In this document: positions 9,102 to 18,726 of the stretch, piece by piece
Layout: the number at the start of each line of letters is the position of its first letter
Position numbering within the stretch: the stretch's first letter is position 1
IMG/VR virus record: IMGVR_UViG_3300043429_001367
Span: 1 to 55,610 of that record
Length of the DNA stretch: 55,610 nt
Direction: 5' to 3' (one strand)
Source of the DNA: a virus
Lineage: Duplodnaviria; Caudoviricetes
Notes under the pieces: generated by a model
The model's input: only the letters and a program-made list of their open reading frames with translations
What the model was told of the DNA's origin: nothing
The model's database searches: none
Made by a program: the position numbers and the translations under genes

Positions 9102-10054
9102 TGAAAAGGACCATGCTTCTGTTATGTGCGGTGCTGCTTGTTGGTTGTGGAAAAAAATCTGACAAGAAAGATCCTATCGAGCCGGAACCCGACCTTTTAA
9201 AGCCCGTTCTTGAAAGGCGTGATCTTTATCTGTCCCTTCAGAAAACCGCACTGAATGAATCGGGCTATGCACATGCAAAGTGTGACAGCCTTGGGTTTAC
9301 ATCATTATGCAAGGCGGCTGGCGGGTGTCCTGATGCTGACATTTTTTTGTCAGAGGATAATGGCCGCTGGTATCGCTCCCCTGAGAAGGATTGCTTTGAC
9401 AAGGGTGAGAGCAAATCCGACTTTTCAAAAGACATGGCTCTCATGCTCTTTATCTATTTTTATGAGCTATCAAAGACTGACAATCAAAAGGCCAAGGAAG
9501 CCATTCAAAGATTTTCCGATTATGTAAAGGCCAATAACTATGTCATGGGACGGCCAACTGATAATGCGGAAGGTCTTTCGCGTGTGGTGATGTCCCCTGG
9601 ACTCATTGTCACCATGGAAAGGCTTTCAGCAAAACTCAATGGCCAGCCTTATGAGGATCAGCCGCAGACAAGGGATGTGATCATTCCCATTATCAACAAG
9701 GGTTTTCAGGCTCATCTTGATGTTCTTGGCATTTGGCTTGACGGTGAACTTCGTGGCAACATCACGGAAACGGACAGGCGTGTTTTGGAAAAGCAGCTTG
9801 AGCGCCAGCCGCGCAATGCTCTTTTTTCTGCGGTTCATTCGCTTTACAGGGATGGTGATCAATCGGAAACATTGCGCTTGCTTAATGATGAAAAGCTTTT
9901 CCCATTGGACAGACTTCCAGAAAGTCGTGACCGATGTGAAGAGTATATTTTTCAAAGGGATGATGGTGATGATTGGCTCCCTTGCGACAAGGGGGAAATT
10001 CATGATGCAGTGGATTATCTTATGGCGGGGTATTTGGCAGGACTATGGAAATAA
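9098..10054 (+). CDS. lipoprotein of unknown function
   Basis: Signal peptide II with LLVGC lipobox. Confidence 0.75.
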   Translation: MMKRTMLLLCAVLLVGCGKKSDKKDPIEPEPDLLKPVLERRDLYLSLQKTALNESGYAHAKCDSLGFTSLCKAAGGCPDADIFLSEDNGRWYRSPEKDCFDKGESKSDFSKDMALMLFIYFYELSKTDNQKAKEAIQRFSDYVKANNYVMGRPTDNAEGLSRVVMSPGLIVTMERLSAKLNGQPYEDQPQTRDVIIPIINKGFQAHLDVLGIWLDGELRGNITETDRRVLEKQLERQPRNALFSAVHSLYRDGDQSETLRLLNDEKLFPLDRLPESRDRCEEYIFQRDDGDDWLPCDKGEIHDAVDYLMAGYLAGLWK

Positions 10055-10305
10055 TTGAAACGGCTATGGAGCAGGCGATGTCGGACATGGTGAACCATCC
10101 AAAACATTATGGTGGTGCTGACGATATGTATGAAGCAATCAAAGTTATCGACGCCTGGAAACTCAATTTCAATTTAGGCAGTGCCGTGAAATACATCTGT
10201 CGGGCTGGGAAAAAGGATTCCGCAAAACACATCGAGGATCTTGAGAAGGCTGCTTTTTATTTGAAGCATGAGATTGATCTTTTGAAGATGAAGGCCAGGA
10301 AATGA
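10045..10305 (+). CDS. DUF3310 / T7 gp1.7-like nucleotide kinase family protein
   Basis: VNHPKHY...EAIKVI...FNLGSAVKYICRAGKK...EDLEKAAFYL. Confidence 0.85.
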   Translation: MEIIETAMEQAMSDMVNHPKHYGGADDMYEAIKVIDAWKLNFNLGSAVKYICRAGKKDSAKHIEDLEKAAFYLKHEIDLLKMKARK

Positions 10306-10481
10306 TTCCGCATGAGATACGTTTGATCAAAACTGAGGACACTTTTGTAATCATGGCCATGGATTCCGAGGCCGGGGATAACCCGGAACTTTGCCGGTTC
10401 GATCATGACAGCGACTATAGCCTGTCTGAGGTTGAGCCGTTTTTGAGAGCTATGGTCAAACTCTGGAACGAACAATTTTGA
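10302..10481 (+). CDS. small hypothetical protein (59 aa, below ORF-track cutoff)
   Basis: MIPHEIRLIK...KLWNEQF; ATGA overlap with upstream stop. Confidence 0.6.
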   Translation: MIPHEIRLIKTEDTFVIMAMDSEAGDNPELCRFDHDSDYSLSEVEPFLRAMVKLWNEQF

Positions 10482-10548
10482 CTGTGTTTTGTGCATTGCT
10501 TAATTTTCACCATCTTGTGGTGTATAATTTAATCATGGGGAAAAACTG

Positions 10549-11310
10549 ATGCTTCGCAAGTTTCTTTCTGAAACCAATGATTCTCTCGTTCGGGTTTGGG
10601 ATATTGAGGAAGGTGTTAATCCTCTGCGTGAGGAAACGACGAATATAGCCAATGCAAAGCTTTCGCAGCTGATCAAAAGTCTCAGGGCTGCAATTGATTC
10701 GGGTGATAGAAAATCCGAAGACCGGATCAATAAGGAAATCAAAAAGGAAATGGGAAACCTTGCAAAGCCGATTATGAAGGATTTCAATTCGGCTTTTAAT
10801 AAATTCTTAAAGGATCAGGAGAAGATCCTTGAGAACAAGTATGGTGTTGACGTTGAGTTTTTTCAGGATGGAAAGCCAGCCATTTCCTTTGGAACCCAGG
10901 ACTATGCGGTAGCAGCAAAGGCTGGGTTCAGCACAGTGCTTGCAGTCAATCCACCTGATGTCAGTGATACCAAGTCTTCACCTGAGGGTGGTGGTGAAGC
11001 CATGGACTATGGGTTTGATCTTACTCATTTTGACAAGCCAGCAAATTTTGAAAAACTTTTGAAGATGGTTGGTGCAAAAGGCGGTGAGCGTGGTGAGGAT
11101 GGTTTTGAATGGACGGGACCTGGGATTACAATTGTCACAGGCAATAACCCGATCACGGGTGAATACTTCAGAGGTAACAGGGGAAATGATCCTGGTTATG
11201 CCAGTTACATTGGTTTGACTGGTGATCCTGACAAAGTGAAGAAGGCTGCTGCCTATATCAAAAAATTTGATCCGAAAGACGAGTCTCCTGGAAGACGGTC
11301 TTTCATTTAA
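10549..11310 (+). CDS. hypothetical protein, possible internal head protein
   Basis: 253 aa, N-terminal LSE/LREE motifs; TATAAT upstream at 10523. Confidence 0.65.
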   Translation: MLRKFLSETNDSLVRVWDIEEGVNPLREETTNIANAKLSQLIKSLRAAIDSGDRKSEDRINKEIKKEMGNLAKPIMKDFNSAFNKFLKDQEKILENKYGVDVEFFQDGKPAISFGTQDYAVAAKAGFSTVLAVNPPDVSDTKSSPEGGGEAMDYGFDLTHFDKPANFEKLLKMVGAKGGERGEDGFEWTGPGITIVTGNNPITGEYFRGNRGNDPGYASYIGLTGDPDKVKKAAAYIKKFDPKDESPGRRSFI

Positions 11311-11325
11311 GGGAAGGGATATATC

Positions 11326-11598
11326 GTGAACAACCGCAGCGTGTATGTTGGAAATCTTTCTTATGAAATTGACTCGCAGGAGTTGGCTCAATTTTTTGAA
11401 AAAGCAGGCCGGGTTGTTTGCGCAAAAGTCGTTTATTCAGAGCATGACAAAAGATCCAAAGGATTTGGCTTTGTCGAGTTTACGACACCTGAAGATGCTG
11501 AGAATGCTATCAGGATGTTTCATGACAGCTTTCTGAAAGGAAGGCGCATGCGTGTGTCGTTTGCTTTCAAGAAAAGCGACAAGGAACAGAAAACTTAA
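11326..11598 (+). CDS. RRM (RNP-1) RNA-binding protein
   Basis: RNP-2 VYVGNL, RNP-1 KGFGFVEF. Confidence 0.93.
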   Translation: MNNRSVYVGNLSYEIDSQELAQFFEKAGRVVCAKVVYSEHDKRSKGFGFVEFTTPEDAENAIRMFHDSFLKGRRMRVSFAFKKSDKEQKT

Positions 11599-11619
11599 AA
11601 ATTGAATATAGAGGACATC

Positions 11620-13284
11620 ATGTTTAAAGCGAGTGAGATTCATCGCCTTATGTCACTGACCGAGAGTTATTTTTCCGAGGTAAAGGGAATAACTCTTCAG
11701 GAACTTCTTAAGATGGAACAATCAGCCATGATAAAGGTTGTGCGGTCCATGGATGCTCTGAAGGATAAACCCATTCTGACAAAGCGTGTCTTTGAAGGTA
11801 TTGCCATGATCAAGTGGATGGAAAGTCATGGCGGGAAGGTTCGCAATCAGGAACTGAAAGCACTTGAGAAGGTATTTCCATTTAAGGATGTGCAGGCTGC
11901 AATGTCTGCAGCAGTTCAGGCTTACAATAAAAAGATTGGATATGATCCAATTTCCATGACTCAAAAAAAAGAGTCAGTTGAAGAACGCATGATGTCCGGC
12001 GCAGCTGGTAACGTGAACTTCAAGCCTCGCGGTGCCGGTCAATCAACAAAGAAACCAATGAAGGCTGATGATGAGAAGAAAATTGCCATTCTCAGAGCAC
12101 AGTTATTAAATACGCCTTTGGCTCAGAAGCAAAAGATCATGGATCAGATTGCTGCGATTCAATCGCGTTATGAATCCAAATCGGTTGTTGAAGGCTCTGA
12201 AAAGATCCGTTCAGCCCTTGTCAGTGCTATCACTCAATATGACAAAAAGCAGCTGGCAAAAGCCAAATGGCACAATCCCAATGCGTTGAATCTTTATTTG
12301 GATGCCGTTGATGCCACGATGAGTGATTATGAGAAAACCAATGACCTTGAAAAATCTCTTCGCAGAAATTTCAATGACCGTCTTTTGGATTGGATGCTGA
12401 AAGCGGCCAAGCCATATATGATTGAATCCAAAGCTGTGAAAGGCAAGTGGGCACAGCTTGCAGAGTCGCATTTCCAAATGGAAGGCGGTCCAGGTTCAGG
12501 CGGTCAATACCTGACGCGCAAATTCAAAATGCCAATGTCGCCTTATATCTCAGTCGGCACGCGCAAGGGTATCCTGAAGAATATGCCATTCGATCTTGAG
12601 GATGTTCCTCTGTCCAAGATCACGCATGTTGCCCAGGCCAAGTTTGTTCCGCAGAAGGTCAAGAACCTCTGCAAAAATCCTGATGTCATAACGAAATATC
12701 CTGTCTGTCTTTTGAAGATTCCAAGCCAGGATTGTTATCATGTCATGGACGGACATCATCGTTTCCTCGCTGCTCAAAAGCTGGGAATCGAAAATCTTCC
12801 GGCCAAAGTCTGGCTCAAATACGAGGAAGAACCCGCGCCGGTTGAAACACCTTCGGAGCCAGCGGCTGAAGGTGAGCCTTTGCCATTGGATCAGGCTCCT
12901 GGCGATCAGAATCCCGATAATCCGATGGATATGGTTCCAGCCGAGGCGATGCCTTTGCCTGAACCAGAAGCAGCGCCAGAGCCGAATCCTGCGACTCTGG
13001 TGCCCGATGATTCCGCAAATGCGATGAGTGAGATTCCTTCCGAGGTTCCGAGTCCTGATGGAGCCGCGCCTGATGCTGTCATTCCAGCTGAACATGATCA
13101 CTATGAAGTCATGTGTGAGAAGTGCCAGAAGGTGACAGAGTCGTGTGGCTGCATGGCAGAGGAAAAGGTGAAACGCACCACTGTCTGCGAGGCATGCAAG
13201 TCCATGTCATTCATCGAATCCAAAAAACTGCCAATGAGTCTCAAGGAAGCCCTGAAAGTTCTGGGATCGAAAGGAAGTTTTTGA
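11620..13284 (+). CDS. multidomain protein with ParB/Srx-like domain and Pro/Glu-rich linker
   Basis: VPLSKI...YHVMDGHHRFLAAQKLG; GGPGSG; C-terminal CxxC motifs; ATG 11620 has GAGG SD. Confidence 0.7.
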   Translation: MFKASEIHRLMSLTESYFSEVKGITLQELLKMEQSAMIKVVRSMDALKDKPILTKRVFEGIAMIKWMESHGGKVRNQELKALEKVFPFKDVQAAMSAAVQAYNKKIGYDPISMTQKKESVEERMMSGAAGNVNFKPRGAGQSTKKPMKADDEKKIAILRAQLLNTPLAQKQKIMDQIAAIQSRYESKSVVEGSEKIRSALVSAITQYDKKQLAKAKWHNPNALNLYLDAVDATMSDYEKTNDLEKSLRRNFNDRLLDWMLKAAKPYMIESKAVKGKWAQLAESHFQMEGGPGSGGQYLTRKFKMPMSPYISVGTRKGILKNMPFDLEDVPLSKITHVAQAKFVPQKVKNLCKNPDVITKYPVCLLKIPSQDCYHVMDGHHRFLAAQKLGIENLPAKVWLKYEEEPAPVETPSEPAAEGEPLPLDQAPGDQNPDNPMDMVPAEAMPLPEPEAAPEPNPATLVPDDSANAMSEIPSEVPSPDGAAPDAVIPAEHDHYEVMCEKCQKVTESCGCMAEEKVKRTTVCEACKSMSFIESKKLPMSLKEALKVLGSKGSF

Positions 13285-13859
13285 TGTATATCGAGATTTC
13301 CTGTTATGGTGATTTCAATCCATTCAGAAAGATCCTTGAAACGCTTGCCGGTCCGAAGCGTGATTCCTTTGTTGATCTTTGCTGTTACGATGGTGGACAG
13401 ACAAAGTATCTCGATTTCAAGGAAAAGACTTTTGTGGATGTGATCAAGCCTGAAGGTGCGGTTTATCCGGGTGAGTTTGTGGAAACTGATGTTCTCGGTG
13501 ATCATCCTGTTTTTCAGAAGCGCTATTCGGTCGCTTATTGCCTGGATGGAATCGAGCACCTTTACAAGGCTGATGGATACAGGCTCCTTCAAAAGATGGA
13601 GTCGATCGCTGATCGGCAAATCCTTTTTACGCCGCTCGGTGAATACATGGTCAATCCCCATGACCCTCATCCCCACTCTCATAAATCGGGATGGTATCCA
13701 GGGGACGCCGAAGGCTATGGTGTGGTTGTGGCTCCCAACTGGCATCCGACACTGAATGTCGGTGCGTTCTTCATGATAAAATGCCCGGATATTGAAAATG
13801 AGTTCAAGCGAATCAAGGCTGAACTTTCCGCTGATCCTTATTTTCAAGTTGTTCAGTAA
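13284..13859 (+). CDS. SAM-dependent methyltransferase-like protein
   Basis: FVDLCCYDG, YSVAYCLDGIEHL; ATG overlaps upstream TGA. Confidence 0.65.
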   Translation: MYIEISCYGDFNPFRKILETLAGPKRDSFVDLCCYDGGQTKYLDFKEKTFVDVIKPEGAVYPGEFVETDVLGDHPVFQKRYSVAYCLDGIEHLYKADGYRLLQKMESIADRQILFTPLGEYMVNPHDPHPHSHKSGWYPGDAEGYGVVVAPNWHPTLNVGAFFMIKCPDIENEFKRIKAELSADPYFQVVQ

Positions 13860-13883
13860 CCCAATGAAAAAGGAAATGATGCA

Positions 13884-14198
13884 ATGTTTGATTTGAAATC
13901 AAAGCAAAAGGTTTTCATGGAAGGCAAGCGGGAAATCTCTGAACTGCTTGACAGAAACCAGCTGAAGGATTTGGCACCTGATGTCGCCGACGATATCCTG
14001 ACTTCACTCGCGGTTGTGACCGCCAAGGCTTACATGGATCAGACCGGACAGCCGATTGAGGATGAACGTGAACTGGCTCAACTGGTAATGGCTTCGATCA
14101 AGTCCCTTTACCGCATGCGGAGTCCCATTCTCATGGCTTCCCGCAAGGTTGTTCGGAATCCGAATACCGCACAAGCGAAGCTGAAGCGTTCGCTTTAA
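13884..14198 (+). CDS. hypothetical protein
   Basis: 104 aa helical ORF, AAGGA SD. Confidence 0.65.
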   Translation: MFDLKSKQKVFMEGKREISELLDRNQLKDLAPDVADDILTSLAVVTAKAYMDQTGQPIEDERELAQLVMASIKSLYRMRSPILMASRKVVRNPNTAQAKLKRSL

Positions 14199-14276
14199 TT
14201 TTCAACTGATTCTTCCTATGAGTGAACATGACCATCCGTGGTCATGTTCCTTTGCTTGCCATTCAGGAGTCCATCA

Positions 14277-14711
14277 ATGAGTGAGAAGGTCACAGTTTAC
14301 TGCGTGGTTTGCGGGGAGAAGCTGAAGGTCTTTCAAAGTCACATAGCAATGGGAACGGCTGATATCAGCTGTGCGGAATGCGTTGCCCTTTCAAAGTCCC
14401 GGTTCGCACCATCCGAACGCAAAATGATTCATAAGCTTGACAAGCTGACCATGGAGCAGGCACAACAAAAACCATCCACAAGAGTTAAAGTCAAAACACC
14501 AGTCATTGCAGAAAGTCTGAACGAGTATGTCCGATGGCTTGTCTCGAAAAGGTATAGTCGAAGGGATTATGTTTTTTGTGAACTTAATGTTGGCCTTAAT
14601 TCCTACGATAGTCATGTTTTTGTTCTTTTACCCGGCTCGAAGAAAAGGTCGGACTGGACCGGAGTCAACAACTACCTCATGTCACACACGCCAAACCTTA
14701 TCATTGAGTGA
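14277..14711 (+). CDS. hypothetical protein with N-terminal zinc finger
   Basis: CVVC...CAEC; AGGAG SD before ATG 14277. Confidence 0.6.
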   Translation: MSEKVTVYCVVCGEKLKVFQSHIAMGTADISCAECVALSKSRFAPSERKMIHKLDKLTMEQAQQKPSTRVKVKTPVIAESLNEYVRWLVSKRYSRRDYVFCELNVGLNSYDSHVFVLLPGSKKRSDWTGVNNYLMSHTPNLIIE

Positions 14712-14778
14712 TTCATCCTTGAGTGAATTCAAGTTCAGTTTGCCTTCCGATCCCCCTCTGCGTACAAAAGTGGACAGA

Positions 14779-14807
14779 TTCACACCTGCCGAAAGTGATG
14801 CTATTAT
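14779..14807 (+). promoter_or_regulatory. sigma70-like promoter
   Basis: TTCACA-17-TATTAT with TGn extension. Confidence 0.45.
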
Positions 14808-14841
14808 AGACACATCAAAAGGACTTAGGGGTTATTCGCCA

Positions 14842-15066
14842 ATGAAATTCAGAAAAAGAAAGGTGCGATACTTTGTTGAAGTTGACCAGCTTGAGGGCAA
14901 GGCTGAAATCCTGATGTCGGCTGAGGATCTTAGAAACGCGATGGAGGAAATCCTGAAAGCGGAAAATCTGAGATGCGTGAATTACTATGCCGATGGAATG
15001 CCAATGCAGAGATATCTTGAGTGCGGTCAGATTATCAAGGATAGACTCGATAAACTCTTTGAATGA
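14842..15066 (+). CDS. hypothetical protein
   Basis: MKFRKRKVRYF...; AGGGG SD and upstream promoter favour this start. Confidence 0.55.
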   Translation: MKFRKRKVRYFVEVDQLEGKAEILMSAEDLRNAMEEILKAENLRCVNYYADGMPMQRYLECGQIIKDRLDKLFE

Positions 15067-15179
15067 TTTGCAAGTCTCACCTTTCATCTTCTTTTTTCAA
15101 TCCTTCAGTTTTTTAGTCTGATGCTTTTGGGGTTCAGTCCTTCAGGACTTTTATAACCTCACGCTCGGAGCACGCGCAC

Positions 15180-15398
15180 ATGAACTACATGCTGAGATTT
15201 CTCAAAATCATGAGAGACACAATCATTTTGTTTTTTGCTTTGTTGTTTCTGATTTTTTGCCTCAAAGTATATCTCATGGTTCACAGTGCAATTAAGTCTG
15301 AAAAGGTATTCAGGGAAAACATGATGAAGGATTGTCTCAATGTTGGAATTTCAAAGGAAGAGTGTGAGCGTATTGCTCTTGATACATGGGCTCTTTAG
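15180..15398 (+). CDS. small membrane protein
   Basis: One hydrophobic helix; GGAG SD. Confidence 0.6.
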   Translation: MNYMLRFLKIMRDTIILFFALLFLIFCLKVYLMVHSAIKSEKVFRENMMKDCLNVGISKEECERIALDTWAL

Positions 15399-16002
15399 TT
15401 TTTCCTGCAGTTCCAAGGATGAGCCGGATGCAAAGCCGGTGCAGGCTTGCTATGGCCTTTCCGATAGAAAAGTCATGAAGATCAACTGGCAGGCGACCAA
15501 GGCTGATGGTTCCCTTGTGAATGGCTATATCATAGGCAAGGGAACACTTGAGCAAAATACACCTGATTCGATGCTTCAGAGTCTTTTTGAAATTGAGTTC
15601 GATGTGTTCTCACTCGATTCGTTCAATCCATTGCGAAACGAAAGACTCATCAACTTTTTCTTTATGGCTGACGTTCATCCTGTAATAGAATATAAAGGCG
15701 TCATTAAAAGCATCAGCCTTGATTCATTGCCGGACACTGGTGACAGGCGCTCAGCCGTGGTGGACGGGGACCTTGTGCTTGCAGGCCAGCCTATCGTGAC
15801 AAGTCTGAATATTGATATCGTGAATCAGAGCGGGATTATCTTTGCGAAACAATCCGATGACAAGCCTGGGTTTATCGACCTTTCCACAAATGCGACTGTG
15901 GCCATGTATCTTGACAGAATGCTTCACACGGCAAACGTGGCTCCGATCAATCCTAAAGTCACTCTGTCGGGAGTTATGCCGCTCGTTTCTCCTTGCCGAT
16001 AG
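15364..16002 (+). CDS. YceI-like lipoprotein
   Basis: FSFSC lipobox; INWQATK...SLDSFNPLRNERLINFFF...VDGDLVLAG pattern; start uncertain. Confidence 0.6.
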   Translation: MSVLLLIHGLFSFSCSSKDEPDAKPVQACYGLSDRKVMKINWQATKADGSLVNGYIIGKGTLEQNTPDSMLQSLFEIEFDVFSLDSFNPLRNERLINFFFMADVHPVIEYKGVIKSISLDSLPDTGDRRSAVVDGDLVLAGQPIVTSLNIDIVNQSGIIFAKQSDDKPGFIDLSTNATVAMYLDRMLHTANVAPINPKVTLSGVMPLVSPCR

Positions 16003-16077
16003 ATCGTCTCCTTTGTTGGGAATATGAATAGCCGCATGCGAATTCTCGCGTGCGGTTTTTTCTTTGGAGTGGTCAAA

Positions 16078-16401
16078 ATGAAAAAATACTCTTCCTTTGA
16101 AGTCCTCTATGCGACCATGCGTTATATCCATGAGGAACGAAAAACTGTAAAAGGCAAAATACCCGACCACGATTTTCCTTTTGAGGAACTTGAGATTTTT
16201 ATCAGTGATCCAAAGTTCTGCGAGAAAATGGCTTCAGTCCTCAACTATATTACCGCACAGGTCCTGATGAAGATGAACCTGAAGACCTATGAAATAAGGG
16301 AGGTTCTGGCCAGCGTGATTGAGGAACAGATGTTTTTGATTGAATCAACTGTTCACGACTTTCCTGATGGACCACTCAGAAAGCGGAGTTATCAGAAGTG
16401 A
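16078..16401 (+). CDS. hypothetical protein
   Basis: GGAG SD before ATG 16078. Confidence 0.6.
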   Translation: MKKYSSFEVLYATMRYIHEERKTVKGKIPDHDFPFEELEIFISDPKFCEKMASVLNYITAQVLMKMNLKTYEIREVLASVIEEQMFLIESTVHDFPDGPLRKRSYQK

Positions 16402-17351
16402 TCAAAAGGATTATTGTTACAGGTGACACCGATCGACCAATAGACCAGTTTGGAAACATTTCTTTTTTTTATAATATGCTCAAATTTCAAATCGAATATA
16501 AGACAGGGATCACTCCTGTTTGTGACGCTTCTCCAAGGAAAGGGCATCTTGATTTTGAGGAATGGCTTGAGCGGGAAGTCAGCCTGTCCTGGGAAGGTGA
16601 TGATTATGGCCAGACCGATCTTGTGATTGGTTTTGAACTTTCAAAGGCTCATGAACATTCACTTCGCTTGAGGGGCATTCCCTTTATCAGTTTTGATATA
16701 GATCCCATACGTTTCATGCCGGACTTGTGCATAAGGGTTCTCAGCAATTCGGATCACTTCATTTTCCCTGAGCAATGGTCGCTCGATCGGAGTCAGATTC
16801 AGTTTGAAGCGAACTGTGTCAAGGCATCAAAGTATTTTCAAAACGGTTCGCATTTTTCAGAAGGTTCGGTTCTTGTCATAGGACAGACCAGAAATGATCG
16901 TTCTGTCATTCATGATGGTCGATATCAATGGATCGGCGATTACTCTGAGACAATAAAGGATATGACGGGGTGCGGTGAAATTTATTATAAGGAACATCCC
17001 TATCATAAGGACGCCAGAGAAGTTTGCGGACTTTTGGGTGCTCATGATGTTTCTCAGTTCAACATCTATCGACTGCTTGCGACGGATCAGCTGTCTTGTG
17101 TCATGGGATTATCATCATCGGTTCTTCATGAAGCGGAGTATTTCGGCAAACTGACTCATGCCTTTCTTCCCTTGCACAAAGGAGTGATAACAGTTTCAGC
17201 CATGGATTTTTTGTCGATTTATTTTTGGAGCCAAGTCCTTTCGCAGGTCACACCATGCAATGACGACTATTATAAAGTGAATTATCGTGACGGAATGCTC
17301 AGGATTGGGCTTGGAACATATTGGTCTTATGATCTATTTTATAGGCAGTAA
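16398..17351 (+). CDS. capsule-biosynthesis glycosyltransferase-like protein (KpsS/WcbO-like)
   Basis: VIGQTRNDRS, YYKEHPY, SSSVLHEAEYFGK, DPIRFMPDL. Confidence 0.65.
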   Translation: MIKRIIVTGDTDRPIDQFGNISFFYNMLKFQIEYKTGITPVCDASPRKGHLDFEEWLEREVSLSWEGDDYGQTDLVIGFELSKAHEHSLRLRGIPFISFDIDPIRFMPDLCIRVLSNSDHFIFPEQWSLDRSQIQFEANCVKASKYFQNGSHFSEGSVLVIGQTRNDRSVIHDGRYQWIGDYSETIKDMTGCGEIYYKEHPYHKDAREVCGLLGAHDVSQFNIYRLLATDQLSCVMGLSSSVLHEAEYFGKLTHAFLPLHKGVITVSAMDFLSIYFWSQVLSQVTPCNDDYYKVNYRDGMLRIGLGTYWSYDLFYRQ

Positions 17352-17377
17352 TTCGGATTTCTGATTCTGTACTATGG

Positions 17378-17405
17378 GGAGTGCAGCAGGTCTGCACTCC
17401 TTTTT
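17378..17405 (+). terminator. intrinsic terminator between convergent genes
   Basis: GGAGTGCAG-5-CTGCACTCC then TTTTT. Confidence 0.75.
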
Positions 17406-17408
17406 CGC

Positions 17409-18443
17409 TTAGAGATAGATTTCCTCTCCCGCTTCCTTTTCCTGATTTAAAAGCTCAGCGTTTCTTTTCTTGAGGCTTCCTTTGACCAGCATGTATTTTT
17501 TGAGCGTCCTTCCTGGACCATGCAGGCGATGTGCCCAGTAAGGCGGCTGCACAAAGAATTCCTTGCTGTAGAGCGGGTTCTTTTTAAAGCCAAAGCCGAC
17601 AAGAGTAAATTCCATCTGGCTCAGAGATTTGTCTTTTTTTACAGGTGTCTGGCTTGTCGGGGATTGATATTTGATTTCGTTCCGATAGGAACGCAGGTCG
17701 GGATTGCCTGAGTTGAGATAGATGAGAAGATTGCACATGATGCGAATATGCGGAAGAAAACCATCATCCTGCATTTCCTGGTGGATTTCCATCAACTCAT
17801 CTGACACAGGTCTTCTCAGGACAAACTTGGTATTGACGAACACGTCTTTCAATAGTTCTTCACCGTTGAAGGGCATGGTGCAGTAATTGAGGTGCCCTTT
17901 GCTGTCGAGCCATGCCAAGTTCAAAACCCTGTTCACGTTTTGAATTTCCCGATCAGAAAGACCGTTCATCATTTTGGTCCAGTCCTTCCCTTCGGCACCT
18001 AGATACTTTTCACCTGGACCGGAATAGAAGTAAAAACCATCATAGCTGTCCCCGCTTTGATCCTCTATTTTTCTCGGAAGGATACAGTAACCGCACATAT
18101 CATCAGGCAGGGCATTGGCTTGTATATTGCCGAGTGAGACTTTGGAGAAGATGTCAAAGAAATCATCGGAGATTTTAAACAGCTTTTGACCACTTGTCAT
18201 CCAGTGCGCGTGATTTGTGGCCATGGCTTTGAAGGGGAAATCAGTGATCATGGTTTGACAGATATCGAGCATGGTTTCATTTTTGATTTCTGTCAGGTCA
18301 AAAACGTGCCAGGGCTTTTGGGTTTGTTTGTTTATGATGGATTTGCTTACGGTATGAACGACATCATGAAGAACTGTTTTGGCGCTTGAAAGATCGCACT
18401 TCGCATCCCTGATTAGTTCTGGCAGTGTTTTTTCGATTCTCAT
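17409..18443 (-). CDS. hypothetical phage protein
   Basis: About 344 aa; C-terminal YWAHRLHGPGRT segment; ATG start preferred over TTG 18461. Confidence 0.7.
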   Translation of the reverse strand: MRIEKTLPELIRDAKCDLSSAKTVLHDVVHTVSKSIINKQTQKPWHVFDLTEIKNETMLDICQTMITDFPFKAMATNHAHWMTSGQKLFKISDDFFDIFSKVSLGNIQANALPDDMCGYCILPRKIEDQSGDSYDGFYFYSGPGEKYLGAEGKDWTKMMNGLSDREIQNVNRVLNLAWLDSKGHLNYCTMPFNGEELLKDVFVNTKFVLRRPVSDELMEIHQEMQDDGFLPHIRIMCNLLIYLNSGNPDLRSYRNEIKYQSPTSQTPVKKDKSLSQMEFTLVGFGFKKNPLYSKEFFVQPPYWAHRLHGPGRTLKKYMLVKGSLKKRNAELLNQEKEAGEEIYL

Positions 18444-18726
18444 CGGTATCCCTAATCCCAAAAAATAAACCCATGTTTATCGTCCATGGGTTCAAGTAGT
18501 AGGCTTAACATTTCGATCCAGCTGTTTGTATCGTGAGGTTGGGGGAGGATTCAAGGGCTTTGCAGTTTTTTGATCAAAGGAGCGATCACAGGCATCCTGG
18601 CTCTGAGGCACTGGTTCATGTCCCATTCAGGCAGACATACCACCGCACCTTGACGCCACATCTGGTAATACCAAATGACCGATGAAACGCCTGTAATCGA
18701 GAGCGCAAAGAGGATCAAAAAAAGGA

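Noticed and set aside
13101-13847. 248-aa minus-strand ORF and the 13122 start
   Set aside because: In-register shadow of the methyltransferase-like gene, whose likely start is the stop-overlapping ATG at 13284.
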